This document shows, in pieces, positions 61,133 through 64,000 of a DNA stretch of 64,000 nt (the stretch's first letter is position 1; each line of letters begins with the position of its first letter). The translations under genes were made by a program, and so were the position numbers. The stretch lies in the IMG/VR virus record IMGVR_UViG_3300020202_000062, positions 32,001-96,000 of that record; one strand, 5' to 3'. This DNA comes from a virus. The notes beneath the pieces are model-generated. The model did not search any database, had not been told where the DNA came from, and saw nothing but the letters and a program-made list of their open reading frames with translations.

Positions 61133-63348
61133 GTATCAGTCGAACGCTTGATGAGCGTAGCGGATGACCACTGCGTGCGAAGTTTCAATCCAGGAGTAGC
61201 GTTGATGGTTACGCCTGAACCGGGAGCAACAGTTACCTGACCTGCTCCTGTCTGAAGAATATCGATGACAGTTCCAGTTGGGTACGCTACGGATGAGTTC
61301 GGCGGAACAGTTAAAGTAATTGCCGAGGCATTACTGCACTCGACTAACTTTCCACGATCAGCAAGAACTAGCGTATACGATGTACCGCTCTGCTGATTAA
61401 ACGAGGTTGTTACGGAAGTCTTTCCAGATACTGTTAAATCTGTATCAACGATTAGAGATCCCGCTGTGCGTAGGACAGCAGAAGAATCTACGTAAAGAGT
61501 TGCCTGTGGACTAAAACCAATCTGGATGCCAGCCTTGCTAGATGGCCCCACATCACCCAAAGATACCTCTGTTGAGAGGTTGTACATTGCGTAAGACCTT
61601 CCTACAGCCCTTACTGTCAATGCGCTCGTGAAATGGTCATCTGTATACAAAGAACTGGTTGTAGCGCGATAGAGATTCGTATCTGTTCCGAATGCAATGC
61701 CTTCAGCAGCGGTGGTTCCTGACTTTAGGTTAAGACCCGCAGTGGCAGTTGATGTAGATGTCCCGACACGAACAGCAGTATCAACCTCAAGGGTATTCGG
61801 AGTCCGAACGATGCCCGCCGATGACCGATAGATCCACGTATCGTCTGCTGAACCCAGGGAAATAACCGGCCTAGGACTACCGATGCTACCGATTGTGATT
61901 GCGCCAATCGCAACTGCATTAGTGGCGTCTAGAGCATGCGCCCTAATGATTCCAGTTGTAGTAAATCCCGAGGAAGCCTCAACATGCAGAAGATTGCTGC
62001 CGTTGTAGTACATCGCCACGTTCGTTGCGGCAGATCCTCCACCCCATTCAAGTTTACCATTGGCGTTGATGACGAATCGGTTGTTGGTGTCGCCAGTAAC
62101 ATCAAATGTCAGCCCGTCATCCGTAGTTGCCGAGAAGGTGTTATCCAGAGGGAATGTATTGCCTCCCCCTCCCCCTCCAGCCCCAGCCGCAACCCAACCG
62201 GTATTACCCGAGCCGGATTCCTTGACGTATAGGGTTGTAGTAGTTCCACCATCGGTTCTTAACCATAGTGACCCTACGGGTGCGGTAACTGCATTCTCAG
62301 GAGCACCTGTTCCGGTTGCGATCTTGGTAGTGTTCAGGTAGAGAATCTTGCCTGAAGCGATAACAAAATCATCATCCGTCTTGAGGGTATCCGACGCCGA
62401 ACGATAAATATTCGTATCTTCACCAAAAGCGATACCATTAGCTGCGGTTGTTCCGGCTGCGAGATTTATGCCTGACGATGCGGTCTGGTGAGAGTTCTCA
62501 TGGGTATCTCCAACGAACAACCAACTGTCTGACTGAAGCGAGTTTCCTGACAACAGGGAGTCAGTTTTCCACATGCTGACGCCCGCGTATTCCGCCCACA
62601 GCGAAACTCCATTAACTTCAATTCCAAATCCACTTCCGCCAGCGGATGACGGCGTGCCAACCAAGATACTTACAGCACCAGAACCGGGATAGAAGTTAAG
62701 TCCAGTACTATCGATGTAGAAAATTGGTGTTCCGCCTGAGTTCTGTACTTGGAAGAAGTCGGCAGTTTGCGAAGCATGCCCTTTAACGATCAGCCCCACA
62801 TTGCTGCCTGAGGATGGCTGGAATGTCTTAAGCCCGGTAATCGTCTGAGCACCTGTTTTCAGTACAATATCCGAAGTATCAGCAATGCCATGGACACCTG
62901 TTGTGTCAGATGTGTGTGCATCTAACTCTTCCTGAGTTGCGAGGTCAGTACTTAACTGCCAGTACCTGGAGTCTCCTCTGGTGGTATTTAGATACTGAGT
63001 ATGATCGTCATCCTCCAGGCCATCAAGGTCTCCGTGATCCGTGATGTTGACATCCGCCTCGTCTGGGTCGATCGGCACCTGGATTTTTATGATACTTTGA
63101 GGAGTTCCGTCAATCGTAACGCGAAGATAATAAGTGCCAGGATTGGCGTAGAATGTGAGGTTGCTAAGGCTGTCTGTCAGAACGGGCTGCGTTACGGTTG
63201 CACCCTTGGTCCTGTCCGTGTATAGGGTTGCGAGAGTAGTAGCTCCAGAATCTGTATAGATTCGAACTTCTCTACCTGACCCAATAACAAAACCGTTAGT
63301 CCCGAGAAGTGCCTCAGGACCCCACTGACCGGCAAAATCAAAAGCCAT
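61102..63348 (-). CDS. Tail fibre protein
   Basis: Repeated 'DTNxYR...L.TD' units, 'GTGAPE..VTAPVGSLWLRTDGG...LYVKESG' module, C-terminal 'YTLVLAD...ITLTVPPNSSVA' domain. Confidence 0.75.
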   Translation of the reverse strand: MAFDFAGQWGPEALLGTNGFVIGSGREVRIYTDSGATTLATLYTDRTKGATVTQPVLTDSLSNLTFYANPGTYYLRVTIDGTPQSIIKIQVPIDPDEADVNITDHGDLDGLEDDDHTQYLNTTRGDSRYWQLSTDLATQEELDAHTSDTTGVHGIADTSDIVLKTGAQTITGLKTFQPSSGSNVGLIVKGHASQTADFFQVQNSGGTPIFYIDSTGLNFYPGSGAVSILVGTPSSAGGSGFGIEVNGVSLWAEYAGVSMWKTDSLLSGNSLQSDSWLFVGDTHENSHQTASSGINLAAGTTAANGIAFGEDTNIYRSASDTLKTDDDFVIASGKILYLNTTKIATGTGAPENAVTAPVGSLWLRTDGGTTTTLYVKESGSGNTGWVAAGAGGGGGGNTFPLDNTFSATTDDGLTFDVTGDTNNRFVINANGKLEWGGGSAATNVAMYYNGSNLLHVEASSGFTTTGIIRAHALDATNAVAIGAITIGSIGSPRPVISLGSADDTWIYRSSAGIVRTPNTLEVDTAVRVGTSTSTATAGLNLKSGTTAAEGIAFGTDTNLYRATTSSLYTDDHFTSALTVRAVGRSYAMYNLSTEVSLGDVGPSSKAGIQIGFSPQATLYVDSSAVLRTAGSLIVDTDLTVSGKTSVTTSFNQQSGTSYTLVLADRGKLVECSNASAITLTVPPNSSVAYPTGTVIDILQTGAGQVTVAPGSGVTINATPGLKLRTQWSSATLIKRSTDTWVLVGDLIA

Positions 63349-63403
63349 AAGTCAACTCCAAGTCACATAGTCATACGACAACTATGTACTTAGTAGTACC
63401 TTT

Positions 63404-64000
63404 TTAGTCGTTCTCCCCGTATAAGAAACGCAAACGATAGGAGTCTAAGGTGGGCGTGACGTTTGGATTGAGGATTGAGCGGCCAAACTCTGCCTTTAAC
63501 CGTACTGCTCCAGGGGCTGAATTTGTAGCCTTGGCATAGCGGAGGCGGAAGTTGTCTGTTGGTTTCCTGCGCGATACAATCTCACCATTGACAATAGTGA
63601 ACGTCTTTGGCTGCCCAGTCTCGTTAAATTCCATATGGAATGGATCGATATACTTCCAATTGGCCAACTTAACGCTACCAAAATCGTATAGATCCGAGGT
63701 GGACATAAGGTCCAATGTTCCATTGTGGGTATATGGGAACTCTCCTGTGTTCGCTGGAATGTTAATCATGAGGCAGACGTGATTAAGCCCCTCATTGAAC
63801 TTCCAAGGCAAAACAAGATTGTCTGTGCCCTGCGGCAAATCGCCAATCTCCCTACCGTTCAAGAATACCTTTACATCCCACTGCTGAGAATTGCTGTCAG
63901 CCTTTCTGAATTCCTTCAGTAGAAGATCCTGCTCTTCTGCGGAGTCAAGATAAGTCTCTACGTATACGCTACGCCCAGCCATACCTACATCTCCACCCCA
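63404..64000 (-). CDS. C-terminal part of a structural protein (probably starts beyond the window)
   Basis: Ends 'TPTLDSYRLRF'; frame appears open to the window edge. Confidence 0.5.
   Translation of the reverse strand, partial: WGGDVGMAGRSVYVETYLDSAEEQDLLLKEFRKADSNSQQWDVKVFLNGREIGDLPQGTDNLVLPWKFNEGLNHVCLMINIPANTGEFPYTHNGTLDLMSTSDLYDFGSVKLANWKYIDPFHMEFNETGQPKTFTIVNGEIVSRRKPTDNFRLRYAKATNSAPGAVRLKAEFGRSILNPNVTPTLDSYRLRFLYGEND

Overview
A 64-kb segment of a large lytic dsDNA phage (roughly 50% GC by eye), most likely infecting Actinobacteria (leaderless promoters, DnaE-type polymerase, ThyX, class II RNR, endolysin ending in a GYxLxAxDGG motif). Positions 1-20.7 kb (+ strand) are an early/accessory arm: tandem E2-like proteins, SSB, UDG, thioredoxin, RNA ligase, phosphoesterases, an RlaP-type nucleotidyltransferase, oligoribonuclease, many small ORFs and a dispersed tRNA array (14 tRNAs with readable anticodons, one an amber suppressor). 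Positions 20.7-64 kb (mostly - strand) hold lysis/membrane genes, IMPDH/GuaC, a sigma-like factor, replication genes (DnaE, AEP primase, DnaB), a glycosyltransferase/FkbM cluster, nucleotide metabolism and tail/structural genes. The most unusual region is 9.5-13.9 kb. It has (1) a Pth2-like gene interrupted by an in-frame TAG at codon 5, whose terminal TAG is directly followed by an 11-bp hairpin hiding the next gene's Shine-Dalgarno, 1.3 kb from a tRNA with a CUA anticodon: a candidate amber-readthrough-gated switch. It also has (2) six tRNA-shaped RNAs that keep the acceptor stem and T-arm but have deleted, extended or replaced anticodon/D arms, interleaved with other structured RNAs. Also seen: a probable -1 programmed frameshift (C CCU UUC UAA) and a recurring GGTTACTA candidate late-promoter motif. 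All calls come from reading motifs and pairing bases by eye; no searches or folding programs were run.
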